Part shown: in pieces, positions 26,501 to 40,201 of the stretch
How the letters are laid out: every line of letters begins with the position of its first letter
Position numbering within the stretch: the first letter of the stretch is position 1
NCBI RefSeq assembly: GCF_009914755.1
Contig: NC_060925.1
Direction: 5' to 3' (one strand)
Length of the DNA stretch: 64,000 bases
Source: the human T2T-CHM13v2.0 reference genome, Homo sapiens
Position numbers and translations under genes: made by a program
Notes under the pieces: model-generated
What the model was told of the DNA's origin: nothing
Databases searched by the model: none
What the model saw: only the letters and a program-made list of their open reading frames with translations

Positions 26501-28101
26501 AGCAGTTTCCTTTTGAGTTAATTTTTTTTTTTAGTTTCACAGTACTCCAACAAACTTGAACACAGCATTTCAAGCACTAAAGTTTTCCCAGAAGCCAGGA
26601 GTGCTCCCTCAAGAGACCTGCTGTGATCTGTTTTAGAAGTGTCTGACTTCTAAGCCATGCCGCATGGATCCCCAGGCTCCAACATTATCTCTCTATTATC
26701 CCTCCCTTTTTCCCACCATACCTCCTGACCACATCACCACACACAAGTAAAGATTCTTATTCCTTCAATGCCCTCCTGTTAGCATAGAAATCACAAAAAG
26801 TCACCCTTAGGCCAAATGGGGTCTATAGATCTCTTTTCTTTGATGCCCCTTTCCAAAATGTGTTAATTTTCTTTTTACTAGTTGTCAGTATTAAAAAATG
26901 AAGAGAGATTTTTGCCTCCAGGAAGATGGAATAGACATACTTTTTCCCTATTCCTCTCACTGAGGGCAACAAAAAATGCTGGACATTATTTATAAAATAT
27001 AAATGGCTCCAAAATGTAAAGAGAAGAAGCCAGATTAGATAGAGACTTAGGACCTGAGAAACAGCAAATTAGTGAGTTCCATGGGTTTTCTTTTTGACTC
27101 ATACATCCCAGACTTAGAACTGAAGAAGCCCACAACCCAGAAACACCAACTGGAGAAGACAAAAATAGTGCCAAGAAAAGTGTGCTATCCCTAGCCGGAA
27201 AAACAGGGAAAAAGCAACCTAGCAAAACAGAAAACTTTCAGACCATAACTGCTCTACTCCAACCAAACACTAGAGGAGTGGTGGGGGGAAATGTGGCCCC
27301 ACTTCACCCATAACAGCAAAGCCCACTACGGAACTTCAACTTCCACCATCAGGAGGCTATATCACAAGGCACTCCAACCACCTGACCGGGGTGGTGTCAG
27401 TGAAAGCCGAGGAACGAACCAGGACTTTCATCTACTATGACCAGTAGGCAGCTCTAACCTTCCCCAACGTGGGGAGCCTGGAGTTTCACCACTACGCAGC
27501 AGTAATGAGGCACATCTCTCATTCTCCAATAGGAAGGTGTGAGAGGAGGCCTCATAGAGTCTAAGAACTTTCACTCCTAGCCAGCAGTAATAAAGACGCC
27601 CCCACCACTGAAGTCCCCATCCCACCAGCAGTAATAAGGAGTTTTTTGAACCCTTACCACCTGTCAACAAAGGCCAAGTGGTAAGCCTGGACTTCTACCT
27701 CAACCTGAAAGTTATAAGGTGGCAGGCCCCTCTTACCCTGCTGGAATGGTGTCAGAGGAGACCAGCTAAAAGAGTAGATTTACAGAACATTTAGAGCCTA
27801 ATAACATAAATGTAAAATGTACAGGTTTCAATAAAAAGTCAGTCATCATCCCAAGAACCAGGAAGCTGCTCTCAAACTGAATGAAATAAGTCCTACGATA
27901 GGTGCCAACACTGAGATAACAGAGATATTAAATTTATCTAACAGAGATTTTAAAGCAGCCCATGATGAAAATGCTTCAGCAAGCAGTTATAAACCTGCTT
28001 GAAACAAATAGAAAAATTGCCTCAGCAAATAAATGTAAAATGTCAGCAGGGAAATAGAAGATGTAAAAAAAAGAACCAAGTGGAAAATTTAAAACTAAAA
28101 G

Positions 28102-28410
28102 ATTGTTTTGTTTTGTTTTCAGACAGGATCTCACTTTGGTGACCAGGCTGGAGTGCAGAGGTGCGATCACAGCTTACTGCAGCCTTGATCTCCTGGGCTC
28201 AAATGATCCTCTGCCTCAGCCTCTAGAGTAGCTGGGACCACAGGTATGTGCCACCATGCCTGGATAATTTTTTTATTTTTTTTCTTTTGCAGAGATGGGG
28301 AATCTCACTGTGTTGACCAGGCTGGTTTCCAACTCCTGGCCTCAAGCCATTTCCCACACCTTGGCCTCCCAAAGTGCTTGGATTACAGGTGTGAGCCACT
28401 TTGTCCAGCC
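28102..28410 (-). mobile_element. AluJ
   Basis: Full dimer. TSD aactaaaag at 28093-28101 and 28414-28422. Confidence 0.92.
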
Positions 28411-28467
28411 CAGAACTAAAAGGTGTTAGCTTTTAAATCAAGATTTGAAAGCTCAATATATGGACTT

Positions 28468-29690
28468 CTATTAGTTCCTATTGCCCCCGTGACAAATTAT
28501 CACAAATACAGTCAGTTAAAACAATACAAATTTATTATCTTATAGCTCTGGAGGTCAGAATTCTGAAGCTGGGCTAAAATCAAGATGAGTCAGGGCTGTA
28601 TTATCTTATAGAAGCTCTAGGGAAGAATCTGTTCCCTTGTCTTTTCTAGTTTCCTGAAGCTACTTACCTTCCTTGGCTTGTGAGTTCCTTCCATCTTCAA
28701 AGCCAGTAATGACCTGTCATGTTTTCTCACATTGTATCACTCTGACAAAGACTGTCCTGCCCCTCACACTCACTTATAAAGACCTTTGTAATTATATTTG
28801 GCTCACCAGGATAATCTTTCCATCTCAAGAGTCTTAATTTAATCACACCTATAAAGTCCTTTTTTCCATGAAAGGTCACATATTCCTATGTTCCAGGGTA
28901 AGGATGTAGACATCTTTGGGAGGCCATTCTTCTACCTACAATAGTCTGCTCACAGAGATTCATGTCTGTTCCACAAGTAAAATACATTCACCGCATCCCA
29001 AGATCCCCAAAAGTCTCAATCCATTACAGCATCAACTCAAAGTTCAAATTCTCATCTAAATCTCACCAGCTTAGAAGCCCCAAATGTCTTCTTCTATGTC
29101 ATTTAAATATATATGGGTAGGACTCTGAGTATGATCAGCTTGGAGTAAAATTCCTCTGCATCTAGGATCTATAAAACTGAAAACAAAAACAGGGCCAGGT
29201 GCAGAGGCTCATACCTGTAATCTCAACACCTTGGGAGGCCATGGCAGAAGGATCTCTTGAGCTCAAGAGTTTGAGGCTACAGTGAGATATGATCCCACCA
29301 CTGCACCCCATCCTAGGTTACACAGTGAGACCCCATCTCTAAAAAACAAAACAAAAAAAAATTATCTGTTTTCAAAATACAATAATGGCATGATGGGACT
29401 GCCATAATATACCAATTGTAAACATTTCCATTCGAAAGGAAAAATGAAAGAAAGGAGTCACAAGTCCCAAATAACTTTTGGGCCTTGTTATTGCTGGGAC
29501 TTTTGGGAAATGCAGCTAGGCAAATTTTTAGGTTTCAAGGCCTCTGTGGCCCAAGGCTCTATCCTCTGAGCTCACAGTTCCACCCTTGGGTTCATCCTTT
29601 CTTTTCCATGAAAGGCAGTGCTTGTTTGTAGCTGCATAGTTCTATCAGCCTATTTCTTATCTGTAGAATTTTAGGGACTGGACAGCCCTA
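28468..29690 (-). mobile_element. MLT1D-like LTR (~28468-28942) with adjoining MaLR internal sequence
   Basis: acaaattatcacaaa...tatagctctggaggtcagaa...gaagctctagggaagaatctgttcccttg...acatctttgggaggccatt, then int-like aaaatacattcaccgcatccca...cattacagcatcaactcaaag. Confidence 0.75.
29193..29360 (+). mobile_element. Alu monomer (FRAM/FAM-like)
   Basis: Single arm ggccaggtgcagaggctcatacctgtaatc...gaggctacagtgag...gagaccccatctct plus A tail. Confidence 0.85.
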
Positions 29691-30380
29691 TAGATCTTAA
29701 GAAAATTGAATTAGTAACTTTTTTAAAAAGAAAAAAATTTCCAAGCACATATGGTATCACTGGAGAATTGTATCAAACATTTAAAGAACTAAAAACTAAT
29801 TTGTACAATCTCTTCCAGAAAATAGAAGAGGAGGGAACATTTTCCAATTTATTTTATGTACCTAGTTTTACCTAGACATGAAAACCAGACAAAGACAGTA
29901 CAAAAGAAAGAAAGAAAGCTGTAGACAAATATCCCTCAGAAATATAGATGCCAAAATCCCTAACAAAATATTAGCAAATAGAATTAACAATATATGAAAA
30001 GGAATTATAAACTATGACCAAGTGAAGTTTTTTCCAGAGATGCAAGCCTGCCTAGTTTATTATTTGAATATTAATCAATGAAATCCACCATACTAACAGG
30101 CTATGATAAAACCTCAAAAGAAAATAGCAATAGAGGGTAACTCCCCCAACTTGATAAAGCATCTACAAAAAAACTGTAGCTAATGTTGTACCTAATGGTG
30201 AGAGACTGAGTACTTTCCCCCCAAGATGAAGAACAAGTCAGGAAGTTCACTCTCACAACACTTATTCACCATGGTACTAAATATTCTGGCCATCGTAATA
30301 AGGCAAGAAAAGGAAATAAGACATGCAAATCAGAAAGAAAGAAAGAAAGAAAACTATATCTTTTAGAAGAGGACATGATT

Positions 30381-30457
30381 GTCTATGGCCATACCACCCT
30401 GAATGTCTGATCTCAGAAGCTAAAGACGGTTGTGCCTGGTTAGTACTTGGAAGGGAG
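30381..30457 (+). pseudogene. 5S rRNA retropseudogene: 3'-truncated, no poly(A), internal 12-nt deletion
   Basis: Matches human 5S nt 1-24 and 37-89 (GTCTAtGGCCATACCACCCTGAA..GTCTGATCTCaGAAGCTAA..GCCTGGTTAGTACTTGGAaGGGAG). Flanked by direct repeat aggacatgattgtc at 30370-30383 and 30461-30474. Confidence 0.92.
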
Positions 30458-31259
30458 TCAAGGACATGATTGTCATAGAAAATCCCAAGAAGTCTAAAAA
30501 CTAATATGTCAGAACTATGAGTGAGTTTGGCAAGGTCTCAGGATTCAAAATAAACATGCAAAAACCAATTGTATTTCTAGACACTAGCAATAAGCATGTG
30601 GACTCTAAAATTAAAAGTATAATATCATTTCCAATTGCACAAAAAATGAAATAGATAAAACTCTAAGAAAACATCTATAGGAATTGTATTTGGAAAACTA
30701 CACAATGCTGATAAAAGATATGAAAGAAGACCTAAATAAATGGAATTGGCAAAAGGATAGACTCACATATTAATGAAACAGAATGGAGAATCCAGGACAC
30801 CCACTCAAATATGCCCAATATATTTTTGATAAATGTGCTAAAGCAATTCAGTGGAGGAAAGACTTTCAACAAGTGATTCTGAAGTAAATAAACATCTGTA
30901 AGCAAAAAAGATGACTCTCTGCCTAGGTCTCATACCTTATATAAAAATTTGCTCAAATGGATCATGAACTTAAATGTAAAATGTAAAACTATAAAACTAT
31001 TAAAAACATAGAAAATCTTCAGAAATTAAGACTTGGTGAAAAGTTTTAGACTTGATAACAAAAGCCAAAAAAAGGAAAAGTTAATAAACTAACTTCATCA
31101 CAATTTTTTTTAATTTGCTTTCCTATAAACTCTGTTAAGGGAATAAAAAGACAAGTTACAGAATGGTAGAAAAAATTTACAAATCACACATCTGACCAAA
31201 GATGAGCACCTAGAATACATTTAAAAAACTTTCAAAGCTCAAAATAATTCAATTAGAAA

Positions 31260-31563
31260 TGGCTCACACGTGTAATCCCAGCACTTTGGGAGGCCGAGGG
31301 GGGTGGATTACTTGAGCCCAGGAGTTTGAGACCAGCCTGAGTAACATGGCAAAACGCTGTCTCTACAAAAAATTCAAAAAACAAAAATTAACCATGCATG
31401 GTGGCACATCCCTATAGTCCCAGCTACTCAGGAGGCTGAGGTGGGAGAATCTTCTGAGCCCAGGAGATCAAGACTGCAGTGAGCCATGATCACGCCACTG
31501 CACTCCAGTCTGAGCACTGGAGTAAGACCCTGTCTCAAAAAACAAACAAACAAACAAACAAAC
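31260..31563 (+). mobile_element. AluJ lacking its first ~12 nt, (AAAC)n tail
   Basis: ggctcacacgtgtaatcccagcactttggg...ttacttgagcccaggagtttgagaccagcc...gagtaagaccctgtctcaaaa. Confidence 0.92.
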
Positions 31564-31564
31564 A

Positions 31565-32378
31565 GTTTTCTCCTACTATACTCTCAACACTTATCACTTC
31601 TGGTTATCAAGATGTGGGGGGTACGTTTTCTCCACACACCAAGCAATTCTCCAGTCCTATGATTCAATTCAATTCTGACCACGATCTACCTGGACATAAC
31701 ATCAGATTCCACAAGTTAAAGACTAGGTCCTACAGGACTGCCCACATTTCAGATGCCAATTGCTAGTCCAAGGCTGTTTATCTGTGCTTCTGACTGACCG
31801 ATTATAAATCAGAGGTTCCCACAACCTCCCTGCAGATTCCATCATTTGCTAAAATGGCCCACAAAACTCAGGGAGATACTTTACTTACATTCACCCAGTG
31901 ATTATAAAAGGATACAATGGAGGAACAGCCAGATGGAAGAGATGCATAGAGCAGGATATGGGGCAAGGAGCACGGAGCTTCTAAGCCCTCTCTGGGCATG
32001 CCACCCTCCTGGCACCCCCACATATTCAGCAAACTAGAAATTCTGTGAACTCTGTCCTTTTTGGTATTATGGAATTTCATTATGAAGACATGATTAATTA
32101 AATCCTTCGCAACTGGTGATAAACTCAACCTTCAGCTCCTTTCCTTTCCTCAGAAGTTGAGAGGATGGGGCTAAAAGTTCCAATCCTCTAATCACAGGGT
32201 TAGTTCCCCTGGCACCCAGCTCCCATCCTAAGGCTATCAACAGCCCCAGCCATCAGCTATCTTATTAGCATACAACAAGACCCATCACTTTGGAGAGTCC
32301 AAGCATTTTAGGAGCTGTGTGCCAGGAAAGGAAGAGAAAGATCAAATTCATATTTCTTATTGTAAATCACAATGTCGA
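31565..32378 (-). mobile_element. MER21-type ERV LTR
   Basis: ccacacaccaagcaattctcc...attcaattcaattctgac...cagccagatggaagagatgcatag...ttttaggagctgtgtgccaggaa...taaatcacaat. Confidence 0.85.
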
Positions 32379-32494
32379 ACTTACTATTGGGGGAAACTGG
32401 GTAAGGGTATAAGGCACCTCTCTGTATTACTTCTTACAACTGCATGTGAATCTACAGTCTTCTCAAAATAAAAAAGTTTAATTTAAAAAAGTTT

Positions 32495-32785
32495 AATGTG
32501 ATTTCACATAAAAATCTAGATCTCTACCTTCACTGAAAAAAATTGCAAGATCTGACCCACTTCCAAATATGGCTAAAACATGCTGGAGAGGAGCAGCAGT
32601 TGTACCTCAAGCCTGCGCCCGTTATCCCATTTGCCAGGTAATCCCAGTCCTCACCATTCCCTATTGTCTATCAGCTAGGCCCAGGTTTCTTTGCTATCTA
32701 TCATGCAGCTTGCCCTGCTATTTCTCTTACATCCACTCAGATTCCCCTCCCTGGACCCCATGGGCATTTGAGTTTTCCACTTTTG
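32495..32785. mobile_element. MER102-like hAT-Charlie remnant
   Basis: aatgtgatttcacataaaaatctaga...aagatctgac...caccattccctattg...ccccatgggcatttgagttt. Confidence 0.5.
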
Positions 32786-33159
32786 TAGAGTCAGATTTCT
32801 TATACCAGTAAAGCAGAGCTAAGTCACGCTGAGGTGTTAGCTCATAGAAACATCTTAACACCTTATGTCTAAAAATGCGTACCTGAGACATAATAGAGTG
32901 GAAATCCTTAAAATTCAGAAAGAACTAAGTTATAATCATGGTTTTCCCACCTAACTTGAGCAAACTACTTGAATTTCCATACTTTAACTTATAAAATGGT
33001 AACAATAATACATAACTCAATCCATCCAAAACACCCACCACCATAGACAAGGTGCTCATTAATATGTTTTCCTCACAAGGGCAGGATGCCTCTCTCTTAT
33101 TGCTGTGATTTCCTCCTTAGTAACCAACACCTTATGTTAAAAGAGGTTGGCTCCTACTG

Positions 33160-33385
33160 AAGTTTTACACATACATTTACCATTGACTGGGAACTAAGGT
33201 GCCACTTTGCTAAGCATCTCTCTAGAACTATCTCACAATCCTCATAATAATTCTACAAAGCAGTCACTCAAGTGTATCATGCCCATCTTACAAATGAGAA
33301 ATTTGAGGCATAGAATTATTTGGTTATTTGAGCTTCAGCCAATAAGTCTGAGTCTAGAACCTGTGCATTTAATTACTTTGCCACC
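33160..33385 (-). mobile_element. MIR
   Basis: cactttgctaagc...aatcctcataataattctac...cccatcttacaaatgagaaatttgaggcataga. Confidence 0.65.
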
Positions 33386-33974
33386 ACCTCGCATAGTTTC
33401 AGGCTTTGGCAGAGTTTGGTAGAGCAAAAGACTTTCCAAACTGTCTCCAGGGACCAACCTTTGCCTTCTGTATCTCTTTGCCTATTACTAAGGTAAGGTC
33501 AGGAATGATAACTTCTTGGTCAGCCTCATGTTACTGCCTTGGGAAGATTTTGAGAATGGCCATCTCTGTTTCACCTTCTTCCCCTGGCACATGAAACGTC
33601 TTTTGGGATGTGTGTGTGACTCAGGGACCTGCAGGCTGCACTATGTTTGAAGATTTTCAGATATCATGTGCCAAGCACAGAGTATTATTATTGAGGATAT
33701 TTTCCTATACAGTTTTTTTGGCATCTTCTTCACAAGCCAATAATCTTTTATTGGCACTAACTTATATTGGCAAAAGAAAGAGGACAAAAAACACGAGAAA
33801 CAGGCTGAGTGAAATACCAGCTCTCCCCTGAGGACTGGTTGCTGGCTGAGCTGCCCAAGCCTGTCACTCACCAGAGATGAAGATACTCAAGAAAAACAAG
33901 ATACTCCCTGCTTCTTGACAGAGTGTCCAGGACCTTCCCAGGAAATGAAACCAGAGAAATATCTTAGGCTTACT

Positions 33975-34240
33975 TCTCAGTGGTTAAAAGCTGGGACTCT
34001 TCAGGAAGACAAAGCTGGATTTGATTCCCGGCTCCTCTACATCTTGGCTGTGTGAACTTGGGCAAGGTTCATACTCTCTCTTGCTAAGCCTTCATTTTCA
34101 TTTTGTAAAATGGAAGTGATAATCATAATAATGCCTTCGTTACAGGGTCTTTGTAGGAAATAAATGAAGTGATGTGGAAAGGTGCTTACTACAGTGCCTC
34201 ATACGCAGTAAGCACTTGATAAATGCTGGTGTATTATATT
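33975..34240 (+). mobile_element. MIR
   Basis: cagtggttaaaagc...ggctgtgtgaacttgggcaagg...ttgtaaaatggaagtgataat...agtaagcacttgataaatg. Confidence 0.75.
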
Positions 34241-34279
34241 AGTGGTGGGATTTGAAATAAGCCTGGGGTAAAAAGGGGA

Positions 34280-34346
34280 TGGTGGTGGTGCTGCTCCTGG
34301 TGGCGGTGGTGGTGATGGCAGTGGTGGTGGTGATGGTGGTGGTGAT
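34280..34346. repeat. Imperfect (GGT)n microsatellite
   Basis: Run of ggtggtggtg...gatggtggtggtgat. Confidence 0.85.
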
Positions 34347-34610
34347 ATTTTAGCAATTCTCAACAAAGAGTCAGGAAAAAAAGATTAGATTTCAAAGAAT
34401 ACTCTAGGGAAGCTCACATCCCACAAAAGCTATATTCCTGAGAGATTATCTGGATTTAAATATTTAAAAATTAAACCTTGTTTTTCTATTAGATTCTTTT
34501 ATAATTCCAGAAACATTTCTGTTTGATTTTGATAAATTTAACTCTTTACTTTAAACAATGTCCTTGTGTCACCTCTTTCTAGCTTTATGTTCTTAGGCAA
34601 CATTATTCAC

Positions 34611-34914
34611 TTTCTTTTTTTTTTTCTTTGAGATGGAGTCTCACTCTGTCACCCAGGCTGGAGTGCAGTGGCTCAACCTTGGCTCACTGAAGGCTCCACC
34701 TCCCGGGTTCAAGTGATTCTCCCACCTCAGCCTCCTGAGTAGCTGGGACCACAGCTGTGCGCCTCCAGACCCAACTAATGTTTTTTTGTGTGTGTGGTTT
34801 TTTTTGTATTTTTGAGTAGAGATGGAGTGCGTAGGCTGGTCTTGAATTCCCAGCGTCAAGTGATCCGCCCACCTTGGCCTCCCAAAGTGCTGGGATTATA
34901 GCCTGCACCCAGCC
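34611..34914 (-). mobile_element. Alu (old S/J) inserted in a MIR
   Basis: Full dimer on minus strand with small deletion near the head. Confidence 0.92.
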
Positions 34915-35037
34915 TATACACTAATTAAAATATCAATTTTCTTCATCTGTAACATTAAGCTCTGGAATCACCTGAGATAATGTCCATGCAAGTGCTCTGT
35001 AAATGTGTAATAGCCCCTTATAGAAATTGTAAATTAC

Positions 35038-35389
<352 letters not shown>

Positions 35390-35577
35390 TTAAGACATTC
35401 ATAAAGTAAAATATACTTTCAAATGGAAAATAACAACAGCTTAGTTTGTCCTATTAAGTTTGACTTTTGTATAATATATTTTCTTAAAGAAGACAAAACT
35501 GTGGAGAAAACTGTGCTTAATGAAGTACAAGCAATATGAAGAAAATATTGAAAAACTTGATTAAACTTGATTAATAT

Positions 35578-35591
35578 CTTTTTTTATTTTG

Positions 35592-35632
<41 letters not shown>

Positions 35633-35924
35633 GGAGACAGAGTCTCATTCTCTCACCCAGGAGGGAGTGCAGTCGTGCAATCTCAGCTCACTGCAACCTT
35701 TGCCTCCTGGGTCAAGAGATTCTCCCACCTCAGCTTCCTGAGTAGCTGGGACTACAGGCACACACCACCACACCCAGCTAACTCTTTTTTCCTTTTGCAT
35801 TTTTAGTAGAGACAGGGTTTCCCCATGTTGCCCAGGCTGGTCTCAAACTTCTGACCTCAAGTGATCTGCCCACCTAAGCCTCCCAAAGTGCTGGGATTAC
35901 AAACATGAGACACTATGTCCAGCC
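35578..35924 (-). mobile_element. AluS with long poly(T)
   Basis: Full dimer. TSD tgaaaaacttgattaa at 35549-35564 and 35925-35940. Confidence 0.93.
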
Positions 35925-36592
35925 TGAAAAACTTGATTAACATCTTAGGAAGGTGATATAATTCTTTTGTCATAGAATTTTGTCAGAGAAAGGCAGAGCA
36001 ATGGGTGTAGAACAGAAAAGTTTTCTACCAAGTTATCACAGAATCAATCTCTTCAGTCTCTCCCAGATTCCAGACAGCTGGCCAAATATTACCAAATTAA
36101 TTGTGCTAACACACTGGTTTTCATCTTATTGCTCCCCTACTCAAGAATTCCCAGGGGTCCCTAATTATCCATGTGGAATGCTCCAGTTCCACAGCCTGGC
36201 CTTTAAGTGTCTTACTTTACCATACCCCGCCACTCCCCTTCTCTGCCTGGGCCCTGCCTCTCTCTGTAATGTGCATTATCCACTCCACCCCAGCTTTATT
36301 GTCTCCTGATCAGTGTGCACTTCTCTCCTACCACAAACATTTGCTCACCTGTTTGTTTTTTCCTCTACTGTTTCACCTATTTTATTCCTACATACCCCCA
36401 TTAATTTTCTTCCTTTTGCATGTCTACATTGTCTTCGTTTTCTGCAATATTTGTTATTTAAATCCTAGTTGTTCCTAAGGTCCACCTCCCAATATTCCTT
36501 CCCCAAAAGCCCTGGCTGGCATGGATCACTCAGTGCTGGGATTACCCCTGCATCTACTGGAGCTCTTAGCTTTCCTGTGGGTGGATCTGTCT

Positions 36593-36736
36593 CCACGGCC
36601 AGATTGTTCCTGCTCTAGGGCCAGGGCTAGCCCTTTTATTTCTTGTGCATTGTGTTTTGTTTGTCCACGGCCAGATTGTTCCTGCTCTAGGGCCAGGGCT
36701 AGCTCTTTTATATTTTGTGCATTGAGTTTTGTTTGT
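36593..36736. repeat. 72-bp tandem duplication (2 copies, 4 mismatches)
   Basis: ccacggccagattgttcctgctctagggccagggctagc...ttttgtttgt at 36593-36664 and 36665-36736. Confidence 0.95.
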
Positions 36737-36775
36737 TCTGTGATCCTTTCCAGAAAGGCTTGAGGGCAACTTACA

Positions 36776-36820
36776 ACACACACGCACACACACACACACA
36801 TGCACACACACAAGCACACA
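36776..36820. repeat. Imperfect (CA)n microsatellite
   Basis: acacacacgcacacacacacacacatgcacacacacaagcacaca. Confidence 0.85.
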
Positions 36821-37549
36821 GGCACGAATGGCAAAATATAAATAATAATACATAGAAGAGAAGGACAACGAAGGTAATTAAGACTCTAACTTCCTCCAGT
36901 TTCTGTCAACCACAGGTACTCTATCTAAAGACCCTCAAACTACAAAGAGTCAGTGTCCTAATATCCACATGAGCACCTTGTTACTGAAACCTTAGCAAGG
37001 AAAGAACAGGAAGAAAACCAAACACAAGTGAAAAGAACAGAAGTTGCAACAGAAAGAATCCCAGGCTTTGAATTTCTCATTCATTCATTTATCCCTTTAT
37101 GCAATAAAAGTTTTTAAAGCATCTCTTGTATACAATGTACTGGCTATGTAACTAGTTCTATAACTTAAGTGAGTCTCTATCTAAGCCTCATTTGTTAAAT
37201 AATAACAATTAAAAATTAAAAAGGGGGATAAACTTATGTTCTTTCCCTAATGAATGCACAATAAATTTGGAAGAAAACATTATTTCCATAGATAACACTG
37301 AAAGCCAGGACGGGTCCATGTCCTGAAATCTAAAACTAGTTTGGAAATTAAACACTAATTCTAAAAGAGATCTAGTGTTTTCTGACTTTTTAAATATTTC
37401 ATGTGTGGCTTTTCTTGGACATTTCCATTTATGAAGAGAATGAGATAAATCTGATCACCAATAAATGCATAAAAATTAGTCAACCTCACTGGTAATCAAG
37501 TAATCAAAAATGTAGTACCATTTTGAAGATAATGTAAAACCACAATGAA

Positions 37550-37847
37550 GGCCAGGTACAGTGGCTCACACCTGTAATCTCAGCACTTTGGGAGGCCAAG
37601 GCAGGCAAATCACTTGAGGCCAGGAGTTCGAGACCAGCATGGTCAACATGGTGAAACCCCACCTCTACAAAAAATACAAAAAATGAGCTGGGTGTGGTGG
37701 CGCACACTTGTAATCTCAGTTACTTGGGAGGCTGAGAGTTTCTTGAATCCAGGAGGAGGAGGTTGCAGTGAGCTGAGATTGAACCACTGCACTCCAGCCT
37801 GGGCGACAAAGCAAGACCCTGTCTCAAAAAAAAAAAAAAAAAAAAAA
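37550..37847 (+). mobile_element. Alu (J/S)
   Basis: Full dimer with poly(A). TSD-like cacaatgaa on both sides. Confidence 0.93.
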
Positions 37848-37891
37848 CCTCACACAATGAAATCCCACTATATACCCACTAGAATTTCTAA

Positions 37892-38489
<598 letters not shown>

Positions 38490-40201
38490 GTTAAAATGCA
38501 CATCTACCCTGTGACCCAGCAATTCCAGTCCTGGCTATTTATCAAATATATATATATATATATGTCTACAAAAAGCCTTGTTCAAGAATGTTCATAGCAG
38601 CTTTATTCATCATAGCTAAAATTAGAAATAATCCAGATATTCAGCAACAGGATGAACGAACTGTTATATATTCATACAATACAGTAATAGCAATAAAAAG
38701 GTAACAAATTCCTGATATCTGGAATAACTTGGATGTCTCAAAAAGATTATATTGAATGAAAGCATATATGGTTCCATTTATATGAAATTCTAGAATCTAC
38801 AGTGATATAAATAATCAGTGGCTGCTTCTGGAGTGGAGAGTGAGAGGCGTTGATTGGGAAGAGCCAAGGAAACTTTCATGGATGACTGAAATGCCCCGTG
38901 TCTGGACATGCGTTCGTCAAAACCCACTTAAAATTTGACATTTTACTGTATTCAATTATATCGCAGTAAGACAAGCTTTAAGAGATAATGCTGAAGGAAA
39001 TTTGGAAGATGAGCATGCTTTAAAACTGAATTGTGGTGATGGTTACACAACTGTATGCATTTATTAGAAATTATTGAATTGTTTACTTGCAATGAGTGAA
39101 TTTTATAATTTGTCAATTGTATCTCAAAAGTGAAAAGATAATGCACATGGCTATTGGAATGTGGAGAAAGACAATCACTCACAGATTCTGGGTACAACTT
39201 TTCTTCAGGGAAGTTTGATGATGGGTATCAAGCGTTTTAAAGTAAGTATTGCTTCTGGCCAAGCAATTCCACTTCAGAAATTTACCATAAGAAAATAATC
39301 AAGGACATGCACAAAGATTTAGTTTTAAAGACGTACATTGAATTGTGGTGTTGTTTTTAATAGATAAAAACTGAAAGCAACTTAATGTCTACCAATTGCA
39401 TTAGCGAAATAAATGTGTATGAATGTCTGCATAAATTATAGCTATTAAAATATTATAAGTTAATATTTATCAACATGAAAACTATTCATAACATATTAAT
39501 AGAAAAAAAGCAGGTTGAAGAAAATATGCAGAAAATAATACATTAGCATTATTATATGTTATGTAGTACTTTTAGTATTACATAATAGTGTTCTTATATC
39601 TATAGTTCTGTGAGGATATGTAACAATGTGGTAAATGTAGTTATCTCTGGGTGGTAGAATTGGGGAGTAATTTTTTACTCTTTCACAATAATTACATGTG
39701 CCTTTTACAAAACATATATATGTTAATTTTCTTCAAAATAATACTTAAAATGACTTAATAATGGGAGAAGACAGAGATCACCAGAACTGTGGTTCATGTG
39801 TGGTAAATATGGGATAAAGAGGATCATATACTACATGACCCTAATGAGTTCTAAAAATTTCATACAACAGATGTATGTAAAGTGAATTGCATTTTTCCAT
39901 CATGCTAATGAAAAAATCTGCAAGAAAGCAAAGAATCATTTGAGAATGGGAATAACTAGTGCCTTGAGTTTCTTCTTGGAAGTTCACAGCATTTCAACTT
40001 TTAGATTTCCTTAAACCAGAAAACAACCAACTGATTATTTTTTTGTAATATCCTGATCAAAGCATTAATCTCAATCATATTAAGAAAGACCTTGGTTTTT
40101 GTTGCATTTTTACTTTCCCCATTTGTAGGGTACAGTCATCTTCTCCACGATTTTGGGAAAAGACTGAAAGGGAAGAATTCACATTTTTAAAGAATTTGAA
40201 T

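Larger units (their letters stand above)
26910..32490 (+). mobile_element. Old L1M (L1MC/MD-like), broken into 5'UTR/ORF1 (~26910-28465), ORF2 (~29690-31260) and 3' end (~32380-32490)
   Basis: 5'UTR-like gcctccaggaagatggaatagac. ORF2 motifs aatatagatgccaaaatccctaacaaaatattagcaaat and gacatgattgtc. 3' end ctctctgtattacttcttacaactgcatgtgaatctaca...aaaataaaaaagtt. Same orientation and correct order throughout. Confidence 0.65.

Noticed and set aside
30381-30457. Functional 5S rRNA gene
   Set aside because: Lacks nt 25-36 and the 3' ~30 nt, including part of the C box and the terminator.
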